This document shows positions 1 through 10,186 of a stretch of 64,000 nt of DNA, one piece after another. Below the pieces are notes generated by a model, which did not search any database, was not told the origin of the DNA, and saw nothing but the letters and a program-made list of their open reading frames with translations. Every line of letters begins with the position of its first letter. Within the stretch, counting starts at the first letter, position 1. The translations under genes and the position numbers were made by a program. The DNA comes from an uncultured Litoreibacter sp. (GTDB taxonomy: Bacteria; Pseudomonadota; Alphaproteobacteria; Rhodobacterales; Rhodobacteraceae), in the NCBI GenBank assembly GCA_947494645.1, contig CANLVO010000002.1, positions 302,359 through 366,358 of the forward strand, given 5' to 3'.

Positions 1-1099
1 TCTGATCTTCCACCATTGGATCAGAGATATGCAGCGGGTCGGGGCCGCGGCCGCGGGTCAACTGAGGCTCCGGGCGTGGGCCGGTATCCGCTTCGAGCAC
101 TGGCACGCGGCGCGCGCGGTTCTTGATCACATCGGTGATGCGGGACTTGATGCGGTCTTCGGGGTCCAGTTCGTGGACGGTGACGTCCTGCAGCTCGAGT
201 TCTTGCGGCTCGGTCACGCGTTTGACCAGCATGGGGACGCGGGCAAGCAAGCCGGGTTTGGGCTGCTCTTGCGGCTCGGTTTCCTCAAAGGCGGGCGCGT
301 GCATGACGGGCGTGCGGCGCAGCGCGGGACCTTCGATTGGGAGGTCGTCGTAAGGCAGATCAGCTTGGGCGGCCAGTTTGGCCTCCCGGCGCTCAACGCG
401 TGCATTATGTGCTTTTTGCGCAGCGGCATAGGCCCCCCGCGCAGCCCCTTTGGACGCCGCGCCAAACAATTTGGCAATGCCTGCATAGCAGAGGACCAAG
501 CCGATGAATGATGTCCGCGCGACGGTGCGCAGCTCTTCGCGGTCGAAGCCCAACACGAAAAGCGATAGTGGCAGAAGCATCAAAAACACAATGAAAGCCA
601 CAACTTTCAGGCCGAACATGGCGCTGACGGGGGCGACGCCCACAATCGCGCCAAGGACCGTGTCCCCGAAAAGGCCACCGAGGCCGAAGGAATGGGTCCA
701 TTCGGACAACGGCAAATGCGAAGAGGCGTAGACAGAGGCCAGCGCGACGGCGAGAGGCGCGAACATCATGCGAGACAGAGCGCGGTCCTCGCCCCGGTGC
801 AGCAGGAAGCGCAGCCCCCAGACGATTGTGACAAAGGGAATGGCCCATGCGCCAAAGCCCACAATGACAAAGAGCGGCGAGGCCAGCGAGGCGCCAAACC
901 GGCCCAGCCAGTTCTTGGCAGGCTCATCCGTGGCGGACAGCCAGCTTGGGTCTTCGGGCACGTAGGAGAGCAGCATCAGGGTGACGAGAATGCCGACACT
1001 AAAGAGGGCCAGACCGAACAGCTCTTTGCCGCGCTGCTCGATTGCCGCCTGCGTGTCGCTGTCCAGAAATGGATCGCGCCGTCTTGCCTGAAATGCCAT
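1..1099 (-). CDS. ftsK: DNA translocase FtsK, N-terminal membrane part (partial; C-terminus lies beyond the window start)
   Basis: Absent from the ORF track because there is no stop in the window. Reverse translation from CAT at 1097-1099 gives MAFQARRRDPFLDSDTQAAIEQRGKELFGLALFSVGILVTLMLLSYVPEDPSWLSATDEPAKNWLG... The stretches I translated (about 901-1099) contain no stop and show hydrophobic helices typical of the FtsK N-terminus; the remainder down to position 1 was read less rigorously. Confidence 0.8.
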   Translation of the reverse strand, partial: MAFQARRRDPFLDSDTQAAIEQRGKELFGLALFSVGILVTLMLLSYVPEDPSWLSATDEPAKNWLGRFGASLASPLFVIVGFGAWAIPFVTIVWGLRFLLHRGEDRALSRMMFAPLAVALASVYASSHLPLSEWTHSFGLGGLFGDTVLGAIVGVAPVSAMFGLKVVAFIVFLMLLPLSLFVLGFDREELRTVARTSFIGLVLCYAGIAKLFGAASKGAARGAYAAAQKAHNARVERREAKLAAQADLPYDDLPIEGPALRRTPVMHAPAFEETEPQEQPKPGLLARVPMLVKRVTEPQELELQDVTVHELDPEDRIKSRITDVIKNRARRVPVLEADTGPRPEPQLTRGRGPDPLHISDPMVEDQ

Positions 1100-1115
1100 A
1101 TGCTCGTTCCTCGCC

Positions 1116-2309
1116 TTAGCCGTAGATGCAGTTCTTCAGGGCTTTGAGCCCCGGCTGCAATTCGTTCATGGGGGCCACCAGAGCGGCCCTGATATAAGTG
1201 TCGCCGGGGTTGCCGCCGCCAATTTTCTTGCCGCCGTCGCGGCCCAGATAACCACCGGGCAGGACTTTGACGCCCTTTTCTACCCAGAGTTTCTTGGTTG
1301 CTTCCTCGCCATCCGCGACCGGCAGCCAAAGGAAGAAGCCTGCTTGGGGAGCGGAGAAGCCCTGAATGCCGGCAAACAGCTCTTCGGCGTAGGCCAGCTT
1401 TTCGCGGTAGAGGGCGCGGTTGGCCTCGACATGTTCCTCGTCGGCCCAGATTTTCTCTGCCACGCGCTGAAGGGGCAGGGCCAAGGGGGCGCCTGCGTAG
1501 TTGCGCAGGGATTTCATTGCTTTGATGTTTTCCGGGCCTGAAGCGCAAAAGCCCGAGCGCAGACCAGCCAGGTTGGAGCGTTTGGAGAGCGAATTGAACA
1601 ACATCACCCGCTCAGGGTCTGCACCGACCTCCTTGGCGACGGTAAGCACGCCCGTGGGTGCGGTATCGCGGTAAATCTCGGAGTAGCACTCGTCGGCGAA
1701 GATGGTGAAGTCATATTCTTCGGCCAGTGCCAGCAAATCCGCCCAATAGTCGCGGGTCGCCACCGCGCCTTGGGGGTTTGACGGTGAGCAGATGTAGCAG
1801 ATCGTGGTGCGGTTCAGGATGTCCTTGGGCAAGGCGCGGTAGTCGGGCAGAAAGCCGGTTTGGCGCGTTGCGGGGACATAGACGGGCTCAGCCTCCACCG
1901 CCAGCGCGGCCACGGCGTAGACCTGGTAGAACGGGTTCGGGGTTAGCACGACCGGCTTTTCGCCGTTCTTTTGTTCTGCACAGAGCGCGAGGGATGCGTT
2001 GAACAGCCCCTCGCGGGTGCCGTTCAGCGGCAGGATGTTGGTGTCAGGCGACATGCCGACGCCGTAGCGGCGCATGATCCAGTCAGAGATCGCGCTGCGC
2101 AGCTCGGGCGTGCCGTCATTTGGGGGATAGCCGCCAAAACCCTTGGCGTTCTGGGCCACAATGTCGCCGACCCAATGCGGAAATGGATGCAACGGCGAGC
2201 CGATGGTCATGTCCGCAACCGGACCGCCCGGCTCAAGTCCGGCGAGCAGGCTCCGCAAACGCGGAAACGCATATGGGGGCAGGTTCGAAAACCGCTCAGG
2301 ATGGGTCAT
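1116..2309 (-). CDS. class I/II PLP-dependent aminotransferase (succinyldiaminopimelate/alanine aminotransferase-like)
   Basis: 397 aa ORF with fold-type I aminotransferase features: NLPPYAFPRL at the N-terminus and SLSKRSNLAGLRSGF, the PLP-lysine region. Confidence 0.8.
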   Translation of the reverse strand: MTHPERFSNLPPYAFPRLRSLLAGLEPGGPVADMTIGSPLHPFPHWVGDIVAQNAKGFGGYPPNDGTPELRSAISDWIMRRYGVGMSPDTNILPLNGTREGLFNASLALCAEQKNGEKPVVLTPNPFYQVYAVAALAVEAEPVYVPATRQTGFLPDYRALPKDILNRTTICYICSPSNPQGAVATRDYWADLLALAEEYDFTIFADECYSEIYRDTAPTGVLTVAKEVGADPERVMLFNSLSKRSNLAGLRSGFCASGPENIKAMKSLRNYAGAPLALPLQRVAEKIWADEEHVEANRALYREKLAYAEELFAGIQGFSAPQAGFFLWLPVADGEEATKKLWVEKGVKVLPGGYLGRDGGKKIGGGNPGDTYIRAALVAPMNELQPGLKALKNCIYG

Positions 2310-2485
2310 GGACCGGGTACACTGCTCTTTAATGGCCCCATTCGGGGTCTTTACTGCCTCAGATCGGGGTCATTGCGCCCCGTTTTACCTGAAAGTAGCC
2401 GTGCTGCGCCGCCCGGTCCAGCAAAACCACGGCAGATTTTGCAATCGGGTCAGGTGGTTGTGACTTTTTGGTCCTTTGACAGGAT

Positions 2486-3817
2486 TTAGGCCAGCGCAGC
2501 CTCGGCGGCGGCCCCCAGACGGAGCAGCTTTTCTTCGGAATTTGGCGCACCCAAGAACATAATACCGGCGGATGGCGTGCCCGTGGGCAAGGTCAGCCCC
2601 GCGAGCCCCATAAGATTACCGATGCGGGTGTTGCGCAGCGCCAGAAGGTTTTCGGTCACGTAATAATCGCTGTCGGTCATGAGGCGTTCGAGATTGGGCG
2701 GCAAGATGGGAGAGCTGGGCAGAATAACGGCATCAAAAGCAGCAGTTTTCTCAACCCAAATCTCTTGGAGCGCGTGCAATTTGTGCCAAGCGCCGAGGAA
2801 GTCGCGAGCGAGCGTGTCCTTGCCAGAGCGGAACCGGTCGAGGATTTCCGGGAACATGGCGCTTGGGTTGGCCTCGATCTCTGTTTGCCATTGGGCGTAG
2901 GCCTCTGTCGCGAACAACACCCCGGAGAGCGCCAGCGCGTCCGCCACCTCGGGGATCTCGGCCCGGGTGATCTGGGCGCCCGCGCGTTTCAGCCGTTTGG
3001 CAGCGCTGCGGAAGGCTTTGTTTGGAGCATCCCGGATGTCGTCGAACGCAGCGGTTTCGAGCACCAGAAGGCGGGCACCGTCAAGTGAGCTTCCGCGCAG
3101 ATCGGCAGGCCTGGTGCCTTCGAGCGCGGCCAGCAGGTGGGCGGCATCCTCAACGGAGCGACAGAGCGGGCCGACCGTATCAAACCGCGCGCAGAGCGGC
3201 ACGGAGCCTTTGACCGAGACCCGGCCAATGGTGGTTTTGAGGCCAACCAGATCGTTCCACGCAGACGGGATACGCACCGAGCCGCCTGTGTCAGAGCCGA
3301 TGCTGCCCGCCGCCAGCCCGAAAGCGACGGAAGCGGCAGAACCAGAAGACGACCCGCCCGGCACCGCATCATAATCATTGACGCAGGGCGGCGTGGCGGT
3401 GGATGGGTTCAGGCCAAGGCCGGAAAAGGCCAGCTCGGAAAGATGCGTTTTGCCAAGGCAAACCAGCCCTTGCCCGGTGGCGTTGCGCAGCACCTCGGCA
3501 TCGGCGTCAGGCACCCGGTCTTTCAGCAGCTTGGAGCCCGCTTCAGTCGCCACACCCGCGCTGTCAAACAGGTCTTTCCAGGAGATCGGCACGCCGTCCA
3601 GAAGGCTGCGACGCAGGCCGAGCTTGGCGCGTTCAGAGGCCGCTTTGGCCTCGGCGATGGCCCGGTCTTCGGTCAGCGTGGTGTAGATGCGGTGGGTAAA
3701 CTCATGGTCGCGGGCGGCGTCGAGATAGGTTTGCGTCAGCGCGACCGGGTCAATGTCACCCTTGCCGATGCCACGGCCCAGATCGGTGGCGGTCATGGTA
3801 AGCCAAGTGTCAGACAT
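2486..3817 (-). CDS. amidase-signature family amidase
   Basis: 443 aa ORF carrying the amidase signature GGSSSGSAASVAFGLAAGSIGSDTGGSVRIPSAWN. Confidence 0.85.
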   Translation of the reverse strand: MSDTWLTMTATDLGRGIGKGDIDPVALTQTYLDAARDHEFTHRIYTTLTEDRAIAEAKAASERAKLGLRRSLLDGVPISWKDLFDSAGVATEAGSKLLKDRVPDADAEVLRNATGQGLVCLGKTHLSELAFSGLGLNPSTATPPCVNDYDAVPGGSSSGSAASVAFGLAAGSIGSDTGGSVRIPSAWNDLVGLKTTIGRVSVKGSVPLCARFDTVGPLCRSVEDAAHLLAALEGTRPADLRGSSLDGARLLVLETAAFDDIRDAPNKAFRSAAKRLKRAGAQITRAEIPEVADALALSGVLFATEAYAQWQTEIEANPSAMFPEILDRFRSGKDTLARDFLGAWHKLHALQEIWVEKTAAFDAVILPSSPILPPNLERLMTDSDYYVTENLLALRNTRIGNLMGLAGLTLPTGTPSAGIMFLGAPNSEEKLLRLGAAAEAALA

Positions 3818-3902
3818 CTGCGCGCTCCCTCATGTGCTTTTGGCGACGGTAGCGGCGGTTGGGCGCATGGACAATCCCGACAGTGGACGCATATAGCAAG
3901 CT

Positions 3903-5126
3903 ATGAGCATCAAGAGCGATATTGCCATTGTCGGCGGCGGTTTGAACGGCACCGGGTTGGCGTTGGCGCTGGCCAGCAGCGGGCTGACCGTGACCCTGAT
4001 TGACGCCCATGCGCCTGATGCGCGGCGGGACGCTGAATTTGACGGCCGGTCTTATGCGTTGGCGCTGGCCTCCACCCGGATGTTGGACGCGATTGGTGTG
4101 TGGGACGTGCTGGCGCCCGATGCGCAGCCGATGCTGGAGATCAAGGTCACCGACGGGCGGGCGGGCGAAGGCCCCTCCCCGTTCTGGATGCATTTCGACC
4201 ATGCAGAGCTGGGCGAAGGACCGATGGGCTATATGGTCGAAGACCGGCATTTGCGGCGGGCCTATCTGGATGCCGTGGCCGCGCATGAGGGTATCACCCA
4301 TATCGCGCCCGCTTTGGTGACGGAGCAGCGGGTGGACGGGCCTTGGGCGACCGTTCTGGCGGATGGCCAAGAGGTGCAAGCGCGGGTGATTGTGGGCTGC
4401 GACGGGCGCAAATCTGGCGTGGCGGAGCGGGCCGGGATCAAGCGCAGCTTCAAGGATTATGGTCAGACCGCGCTGGTGGCTGCGATTGGCCACGAAAAGC
4501 CACATGGCGGCGTGGCGCATCAGTTTTTCATGCCTGCGGGACCGTTGGCGATCTTGCCTTTGACCGGCAACCGCAGCGCGATTGTATGGGCGGAGGAAAC
4601 GGAGCGGGCGGAGGCTTTGGCCGCTCTGGATGACGACGCGTTTATCGCCGCACTCAGGCCAGCCTTCGGCGATTTTCTGGGGGCGTTGCATGTGGCGGGG
4701 GCGCGCTTTTCATACCCGTTGAACCTGACGGAGGCGGAAAGCCTTGTAGGCGAGAGGGTCGCTTTGGTGGGCGACGCCGCGCATGGTATTCACCCGATTG
4801 CGGGTCAGGGACTGAACCAGGGGCTGCGGGACGCCGCCGCTTTGGCTGAGGTGCTGACCGACGCCATGCGGCGGGGCGAAGATATTGGCGCGCCGGACGT
4901 CTTGGAGCGCTATGCGGCGTGGCGGCGGTTTGACGCGACGCTGTTGGCGCGCGCGACAGATTCTTTCAACACATTGTTTTCAAACGATAATAGCACGTTG
5001 CGCGCGGTGCGCGATATCGGCTTGGGTATCGTCAATGCAACGCCGGCGTTGCGGCGCGGTTTCATGCGGGAAGCAGCGGGGCTGACCGGTGATCTGCCAA
5101 AGCTGCTGAAAGGTATGCCACTTTAA
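3903..5126 (+). CDS. UbiH/UbiF/Coq6-family FAD-dependent ubiquinone biosynthesis hydroxylase
   Basis: 407 aa ORF with an N-terminal dinucleotide-binding motif ([18 protein letters not shown]) and the [23 protein letters not shown] motif of this hydroxylase family. Confidence 0.85.
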   Translation: MSIKSDIAIVGGGLNGTGLALALASSGLTVTLIDAHAPDARRDAEFDGRSYALALASTRMLDAIGVWDVLAPDAQPMLEIKVTDGRAGEGPSPFWMHFDHAELGEGPMGYMVEDRHLRRAYLDAVAAHEGITHIAPALVTEQRVDGPWATVLADGQEVQARVIVGCDGRKSGVAERAGIKRSFKDYGQTALVAAIGHEKPHGGVAHQFFMPAGPLAILPLTGNRSAIVWAEETERAEALAALDDDAFIAALRPAFGDFLGALHVAGARFSYPLNLTEAESLVGERVALVGDAAHGIHPIAGQGLNQGLRDAAALAEVLTDAMRRGEDIGAPDVLERYAAWRRFDATLLARATDSFNTLFSNDNSTLRAVRDIGLGIVNATPALRRGFMREAAGLTGDLPKLLKGMPL

Positions 5127-5311
5127 TTGCCGTCTTCGAGGGACCGGGCTTCCTCTTGCAGCATGATCGGTATGCCGTCGCGGATCGGAAAGGCAATCTT
5201 GCCCGCCTTCGAGACCAACTCCTGGCGGTCTGCATCATAGCTTAGAGGACCTTGCGACACGGGGCAGACCAGCCCGTCAAGCATGCGGCGGTCGAACTTG
5301 TTCTCGGTCAT
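5123..5311 (-). CDS. Trm112/UPF0434-family small protein
   Basis: 62 aa [13 protein letters not shown]...[13 protein letters not shown] is the typical Trm112-like pattern. It overlaps its neighbours by 4 nt at each end. Confidence 0.75.
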   Translation of the reverse strand: MTENKFDRRMLDGLVCPVSQGPLSYDADRQELVSKAGKIAFPIRDGIPIMLQEEARSLEDGN

Positions 5312-5949
5312 TGCAGGATATCCTCACTGTTGCCACCGCGCAGGGCGAACTCGATCAGGGTGACCAGCGTTTCGCGGCGGGTCGAGAGGGAGGGGGCCTC
5401 CATCAGCGCCTGCTTTTCTTCGGGATCGAACGGACAGAGCATCGACAGAGAGTTGATCAACAGCTCGTCTTCCGCCTCTTTCAGGCTGTCCCAGTCGGTT
5501 TTCAGGTCATGCTCTATGAAGAATTTCTCGAGCAGGGTCATGAATCGATCGCGGTCGAAATGCTCGTCTTTCTCGACGAAGCCCAGGTCGCGCTCGAACC
5601 CGGACCAGCTGACGCGCGCTTTGCGATATGGGCTGAAGCCGGTGATTTCTTCCTGCAGCCGGAACCGGGAAATGCCTGACAGGGTGATCATGTAGCGGCC
5701 ATCTTCTGTCTCGGAAAATTGCGTGACCCGGCCTGCGCAGCCGATGGAATGCAGCTGGCCCTTGCCGCCCGGGCCGTCATGGGGTTGCACCATGCCGATC
5801 AGCCGAGACTGGGTTTTGAGCGTATCCTCGAACATCTGCAAGTAGCGCGGCTCGAACAGGTGCAGGGGCAACCGGGTGCGCGGCAGCAGCAAAGCGCCCG
5901 GCAACGGGAAGATCGGGATCGTGTCGGGCAGGTCAGCGGCTGAGAACAT
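5308..5949 (-). CDS. LON N-terminal (substrate-binding) domain protein
   Basis: 213 aa [32 protein letters not shown] is the hallmark start of stand-alone Lon N-domain proteins. Confidence 0.8.
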   Translation of the reverse strand: MFSAADLPDTIPIFPLPGALLLPRTRLPLHLFEPRYLQMFEDTLKTQSRLIGMVQPHDGPGGKGQLHSIGCAGRVTQFSETEDGRYMITLSGISRFRLQEEITGFSPYRKARVSWSGFERDLGFVEKDEHFDRDRFMTLLEKFFIEHDLKTDWDSLKEAEDELLINSLSMLCPFDPEEKQALMEAPSLSTRRETLVTLIEFALRGGNSEDILQ

Positions 5950-5975
5950 AACCTGTACCTAGCCCATGCGCCCGA

Positions 5976-6890
5976 TCAGGCAAATATCATGGAGGACAGT
6001 TTGCGCCGACCGGCCAGCACGATGGGGTCATCGGCCTTAAGTGCGTCAAAGACTGTAAAGAGCTGCGTCTTGGCCGCGCCGTCATTCCATTCGCGGTCGC
6101 GGCGGAACAGCTCGAGCAAGTGGTCAATCGCAGCTTCGGCATTGCCGTTGGCATGCAGCGCGATCGCAAGATCGAGCCGGGCTTGGTGATCGTTCTCATC
6201 CTTGGCCAAAGCGGCCTCAAGTTCAGCCACGGGGCCTGCCTGTTCGGCTTGTTTGGACAGGTCGATTTGCGCCTTGGCCGTTTCGAATTCGGGAGAGGCC
6301 TTGATCTCATCCGGCGCGTTGTCGATCAGGGCCTGGGCCTGATCCAGCTCCCCTGCGGCCAGATAGGCGCGGATCATCCCACCATAAGCGGCGGCACTTG
6401 TCGGGTCTTCGCCCAAGATGGCTGCGAAGGTTTGGGCAGCATCCACGGCGGCACCCTCTTCGAGCATGGATTCAGCCGCTTCAAGCGCGTCGGCCAACCC
6501 GCCATCGGCTTCGCCGCCAGAGAGCGTGACCAGCTTGTCGATGAAGGCCTTGATCTCGCTGCCGGGCAACGCGCCTTGGAAGGCGTCCACGGGCTTACCC
6601 TGGTAGAAGGCGTAGACTGTCGGGATGGACTGGATTTGCAGCTGGCCTGCGATGCCCTGGTTCTGATCGACGTCGATCTTGACCATTTTTACCGCGCCTT
6701 TGGCCTCCGTCACTGCCTGTTCCAGCGCAGGGCCGAGCGTTTTGCAGGGGCCGCACCAAGGAGCCCAGAAATCGACGATCACCGGGACATCTTGCGAGGC
6801 CTGGATCACGTCCTCCATGAAGGTCGCTTCTGATCCGTCTTTGATCAGGTCGCCTGCGGGGGCGGCGTTGCCGGTGTTCAGTTCAAGCAT
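5976..6890 (-). CDS. thioredoxin-domain plus TPR co-chaperone (YbbN/CnoX-like)
   Basis: 304 aa ORF with a thioredoxin fold and WCGPC active site (VIVDFWAPWCGPCKTL), followed by a helical TPR-like C-terminal half. Confidence 0.8.
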   Translation of the reverse strand: MLELNTGNAAPAGDLIKDGSEATFMEDVIQASQDVPVIVDFWAPWCGPCKTLGPALEQAVTEAKGAVKMVKIDVDQNQGIAGQLQIQSIPTVYAFYQGKPVDAFQGALPGSEIKAFIDKLVTLSGGEADGGLADALEAAESMLEEGAAVDAAQTFAAILGEDPTSAAAYGGMIRAYLAAGELDQAQALIDNAPDEIKASPEFETAKAQIDLSKQAEQAGPVAELEAALAKDENDHQARLDLAIALHANGNAEAAIDHLLELFRRDREWNDGAAKTQLFTVFDALKADDPIVLAGRRKLSSMIFA

Positions 6891-6939
6891 GTTGGCCTCA
6901 TTTCGCGCATCTGTTGACGCCTATATGAGGGCGCAGGGC

Positions 6940-7728
6940 TCAAAGATCAAATGTCGCAAAGACCGGCGCGTGATCCGAGGGCTTTTCCCAGCCGCGTGCA
7001 TGACGCAGAACGCGGGACCCGTGGCCGGAGGCAGCGATATCGCCTGTGGCCCAGACATGATCAAGACGGCGGCCTTTATCGGCAGCGTCCCAATCGCGGG
7101 CGCGGTAGGACCACCATGAATAAAGCTGGCCCTCTGGAATATCTGCGCGTGTGACATCGACCCAATTACCGGCCTCCATCGTGTCGCCGAGATGTTCAAC
7201 CTCGATGGGGGTGTGGCTGACCACTTTAAGCAGCTGTTTGTGCGACCAGACGTCATCCTCGCGTGGGGCGATGTTGAGATCACCCACAAGGATGGATTTC
7301 TTCGGCGCATCGGCGCGGTAGGCGTCGCGCATGTCGGTGAGGTAGTCGAGCTTCTGGCCGAATTTCTCGTTTACCGTGCGGTCGGCCACATCGCCGCCAG
7401 CGGGGACATAGTGATTGTGGATGGTGACGCCGTTTTCCAGCCGCCCGGCGATGTGGCGGGCATGGCCTAGCTGGGCGTAATCCTCCGCGCCCGCTTCAGT
7501 GATCGGCAGTTTTGAGAGGATCGCCACGCCATTATAGCCCTTCTGCCCGCGCGCCAGCATGTGGGTGTAGCCAAGCGCCGCGAAGCCTTCGGTGGGGATT
7601 TTCTCGACCGGGCTTTTGCACTCCTGCAGGCACAGGATGTCGGGGGCCTCTTCCTCAAGCAGCTTGAGCACGATGGGCTCGCGCAGGCGGACCGAGTTGA
7701 TGTTCCAGGTGCAAAGGGTGAAGGACAT
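6940..7728 (-). CDS. xthA: exodeoxyribonuclease III
   Basis: ORF 6940-7758. The internal ATG at 7728 gives MSFTLCTWNINSVR..LCLQE.., matching the XthA N-terminus, and the C-terminus has SDHAPV. The upstream start at 7758 is also possible. Confidence 0.85.
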   Translation of the reverse strand: MSFTLCTWNINSVRLREPIVLKLLEEEAPDILCLQECKSPVEKIPTEGFAALGYTHMLARGQKGYNGVAILSKLPITEAGAEDYAQLGHARHIAGRLENGVTIHNHYVPAGGDVADRTVNEKFGQKLDYLTDMRDAYRADAPKKSILVGDLNIAPREDDVWSHKQLLKVVSHTPIEVEHLGDTMEAGNWVDVTRADIPEGQLYSWWSYRARDWDAADKGRRLDHVWATGDIAASGHGSRVLRHARGWEKPSDHAPVFATFDL

Positions 7729-7802
7729 GGGCGCGGCTCCGGTTTGACTTTGGGGCACGTTAGTCCGACGCTTGGGCCATTGCCAGCAGAGGTTCGGGCC
7801 GT

Positions 7803-9050
7803 ATGTCGCTTATCGCAAGAAACCGCAATTTCCGGATGCTGTTTTCGGCCGCGGCGGTGTCCAATCTCGGCGACGGGATCGCGATGCTGGCTTTCCCGTG
7901 GCTGGCCACGCTGATCACCCGGGACGCCACGTTGATCGCCTTGGTCGCCGCCGCAACGCGCTTACCATGGCTCTTGTTTTCGTTGCCTGCCGGCGTGATC
8001 ACCGACCAGTTTGACCGACGCCGTCTGATGGTTCAGGCGGATGTGTTTCGTACGCTGTTGACGATTGGTGTTGTGGGACTGGTCTTGTCGGCCCCTGCCC
8101 TGCCGCTGGCGAACGGGTCTTCGCAGGTCTTGCCGTTGATTGCCGGACTTTGCGCAGCGGCGTTTCTGTTGGGCAGCGCTGAGGTGGTGCGGGACAATGC
8201 GGCGCAGACGGCGATGCCCTCAATCGTCGAGCCGGGCCAGTTGGAGACCGCCAATGGCCAGCTCTGGAGCATCGAACAGATCATGGGCCAGTTTGTCGGG
8301 CCGCCTGTGGCGGGCCTGTTGATCGCGATGGCTGTGCCGGTGCCGTTTGTGGTGGACGCGGTGATGTTCGCGCTGGCGGCGTGGTTCATGTGGCAGGTGC
8401 GGCTGGCGCCCAAGGCGGCGATTGTCTTGCCGGAGGGGTTCTGGCGGCAAATGCGCGAAGGCATCGACTGGATGCGCGGGCACGTTTTGATCTTGCGGTT
8501 GGCGGTGATGCTGGGGGTGTTGAACTTCGCCACAATGATGTCCGCCACGATTTTGGTGCTTCTGTCGCAAGAAGTGTTCGGGCTGTCCGCCGCAGGCTAC
8601 GGCATCTTGTTGACTGCCGGGGCCGCAGGCGGGGTACTGGGCGGGTTGGCAGGGCCGTTCATTGCCAAGCGGCTGGGCGGACAACGGACGGTGCTGTTGA
8701 CGCTATTTATGTTCCCCCTGCCCTTCCTGGTGTTGGCGTTGACGGGCAACGCATGGATCGCCGGAGCAGCGCTGTTTCTGGAAATGTTCATGGGGATGAC
8801 GTGGAACGTGGTGACGGTGTCGCTCAGGCAGCGGCTGATCCCGGATGGTTTGCTGGGGCGGGTGAACTCCATTTACCGCTTCTTCGGCTGGGGCACGATC
8901 CCGTTAGGTGCGGTGCTGGCAGGCGTGATGGTGTCTGGCCTTGAGGCGGAGTGGGGCCGGGAGGCCGCATTGCGTGCGCCCTACTGGTTCGGCGCGGTGA
9001 TCACGTCGGGATTGGCGCTTTACGGCGCGTGGCGGCTAAAACTGCCCTAG
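7803..9050 (+). CDS. MFS transporter
   Basis: 415 aa ORF, highly hydrophobic with about 12 predicted TM helices. An FDRRRLMV loop motif lies between TM2 and TM3. Confidence 0.8.
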   Translation: MSLIARNRNFRMLFSAAAVSNLGDGIAMLAFPWLATLITRDATLIALVAAATRLPWLLFSLPAGVITDQFDRRRLMVQADVFRTLLTIGVVGLVLSAPALPLANGSSQVLPLIAGLCAAAFLLGSAEVVRDNAAQTAMPSIVEPGQLETANGQLWSIEQIMGQFVGPPVAGLLIAMAVPVPFVVDAVMFALAAWFMWQVRLAPKAAIVLPEGFWRQMREGIDWMRGHVLILRLAVMLGVLNFATMMSATILVLLSQEVFGLSAAGYGILLTAGAAGGVLGGLAGPFIAKRLGGQRTVLLTLFMFPLPFLVLALTGNAWIAGAALFLEMFMGMTWNVVTVSLRQRLIPDGLLGRVNSIYRFFGWGTIPLGAVLAGVMVSGLEAEWGREAALRAPYWFGAVITSGLALYGAWRLKLP

Positions 9051-9998
9051 CGTGTCGAGCAGGGCTTTCTGGAAGGCTGCAGGGTCCTCGATCTGGGGGA
9101 TATGACCCAGCCCCGGTAGCACAGTCAGCGTCGCACCGTTGATCAGGGTTCGCAGCTCAATGCCCTGTTCCAGCGGTGTCGCAGTGTCTTCAGCGCCCCA
9201 GATAATGCCCGTTGGCAAGGTGAGGTTCGCGTAGCTTTCCGGCAGGATGCTGAGCGCGTCGCGTGGCGGCAGCAAAAGCGTCGGCAACCATTGAGCCAGT
9301 TCTTCGGTGGTACCATCGAGATGAAACGGGCGCTTCAGCAGGTCCATATAGGGTTCGGTCGCGGCCTCTTTGCGGTGCAGGAACATTTGCACCAGCGGTT
9401 TCAGCAAAAGCGGGTTGGTGATGGTGGCAGAGACCGCAGCCTCCCGGATCATCTTGGAGCGCAAGGGTAGCGGGAGGGTGGCGGTGTCATCTTTCGTGCC
9501 GAGCCCGATGGCGCCGTCGACAATGACAAACGCCGCGAATTTGTCTTGTGCGCGCATGACCGCTTCGGCGCCCGGGCCTGCCCCAAAGGAATGGGCGACC
9601 AGCACGGGTTTGATCCTCATCGCGTCGACCAAGGCGGTGATGCGGTCGGCTTGTTTAATGCGGTTGTAATCACCTTCAGGGTCGCGCTCTGAATACCCCA
9701 TGGGGGAGAGGTCGAAAGCAATGGCCCGGTAGCCCGCTTGAGCCAAGGCTTCGGTGGTTTCAAACCAGAAGCGCGACCAGCCAACTGAGCCATGGACGAG
9801 CAGAACCGGGATGCCGTCTGGCGGGCCCGATTGCTCGATATAGACCTCGCCCAAGGCCGTCTGCACCGTGCTGCCCTCGTCGGGCATGTGCAGAACGCGG
9901 TCCTCGTTCTCGCGCCAAAGGGCTGCGATGCGGAAGGCGGCGAGCACCAGCGCCAAGGCAATGGACAGCCAGACAAAAAAGCGAATGATCCTGCGCAT
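9036..9998 (-). CDS. alpha/beta-fold hydrolase with N-terminal membrane anchor
   Basis: 320 aa ORF. It has an N-terminal TM helix, an HG oxyanion motif (LLVHGSVG) and the nucleophile elbow AHSFG. Confidence 0.8.
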   Translation of the reverse strand: MRRIIRFFVWLSIALALVLAAFRIAALWRENEDRVLHMPDEGSTVQTALGEVYIEQSGPPDGIPVLLVHGSVGWSRFWFETTEALAQAGYRAIAFDLSPMGYSERDPEGDYNRIKQADRITALVDAMRIKPVLVAHSFGAGPGAEAVMRAQDKFAAFVIVDGAIGLGTKDDTATLPLPLRSKMIREAAVSATITNPLLLKPLVQMFLHRKEAATEPYMDLLKRPFHLDGTTEELAQWLPTLLLPPRDALSILPESYANLTLPTGIIWGAEDTATPLEQGIELRTLINGATLTVLPGLGHIPQIEDPAAFQKALLDTLGQF

Positions 9999-10053
9999 AC
10001 CCGCCCATTACATGCCCTTGGCGGCAGGGCTGTCTACCCAAAAGCTTCAGTGC

Positions 10054-10084
10054 AAAAAAAAACGCCCGGGCACGAAGCCCGGGC
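10054..10084 (-). terminator. intrinsic terminator downstream of the response-regulator gene
   Basis: 8-bp GC stem (gcccgggc, 10064-10071, pairs with 10077-10084) and a 5-nt loop. A 9-A run at 10054-10062 gives a U-tract on the minus strand. Confidence 0.75.
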
Positions 10085-10186
10085 AGTCCAACAGGGAGGT
10101 TGCCACATCATGACCCCGATGTGACCAGGGGAACTTTCTGTCTAACGACGCGGCGGCGGATTTGGTTCCCGCCATCGCGAAATATT

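Noticed and set aside
29-1548. Track ORFs 29-511 (+), 405-848 (-), 692-1147 (+) and 976-1548 (-) at the left edge.
   Set aside because: The real gene here is the minus-strand ftsK 5' part, which runs off the window and is therefore missing from the track. The listed ORFs are alternative frames with low-complexity Arg/Gly/Pro content.
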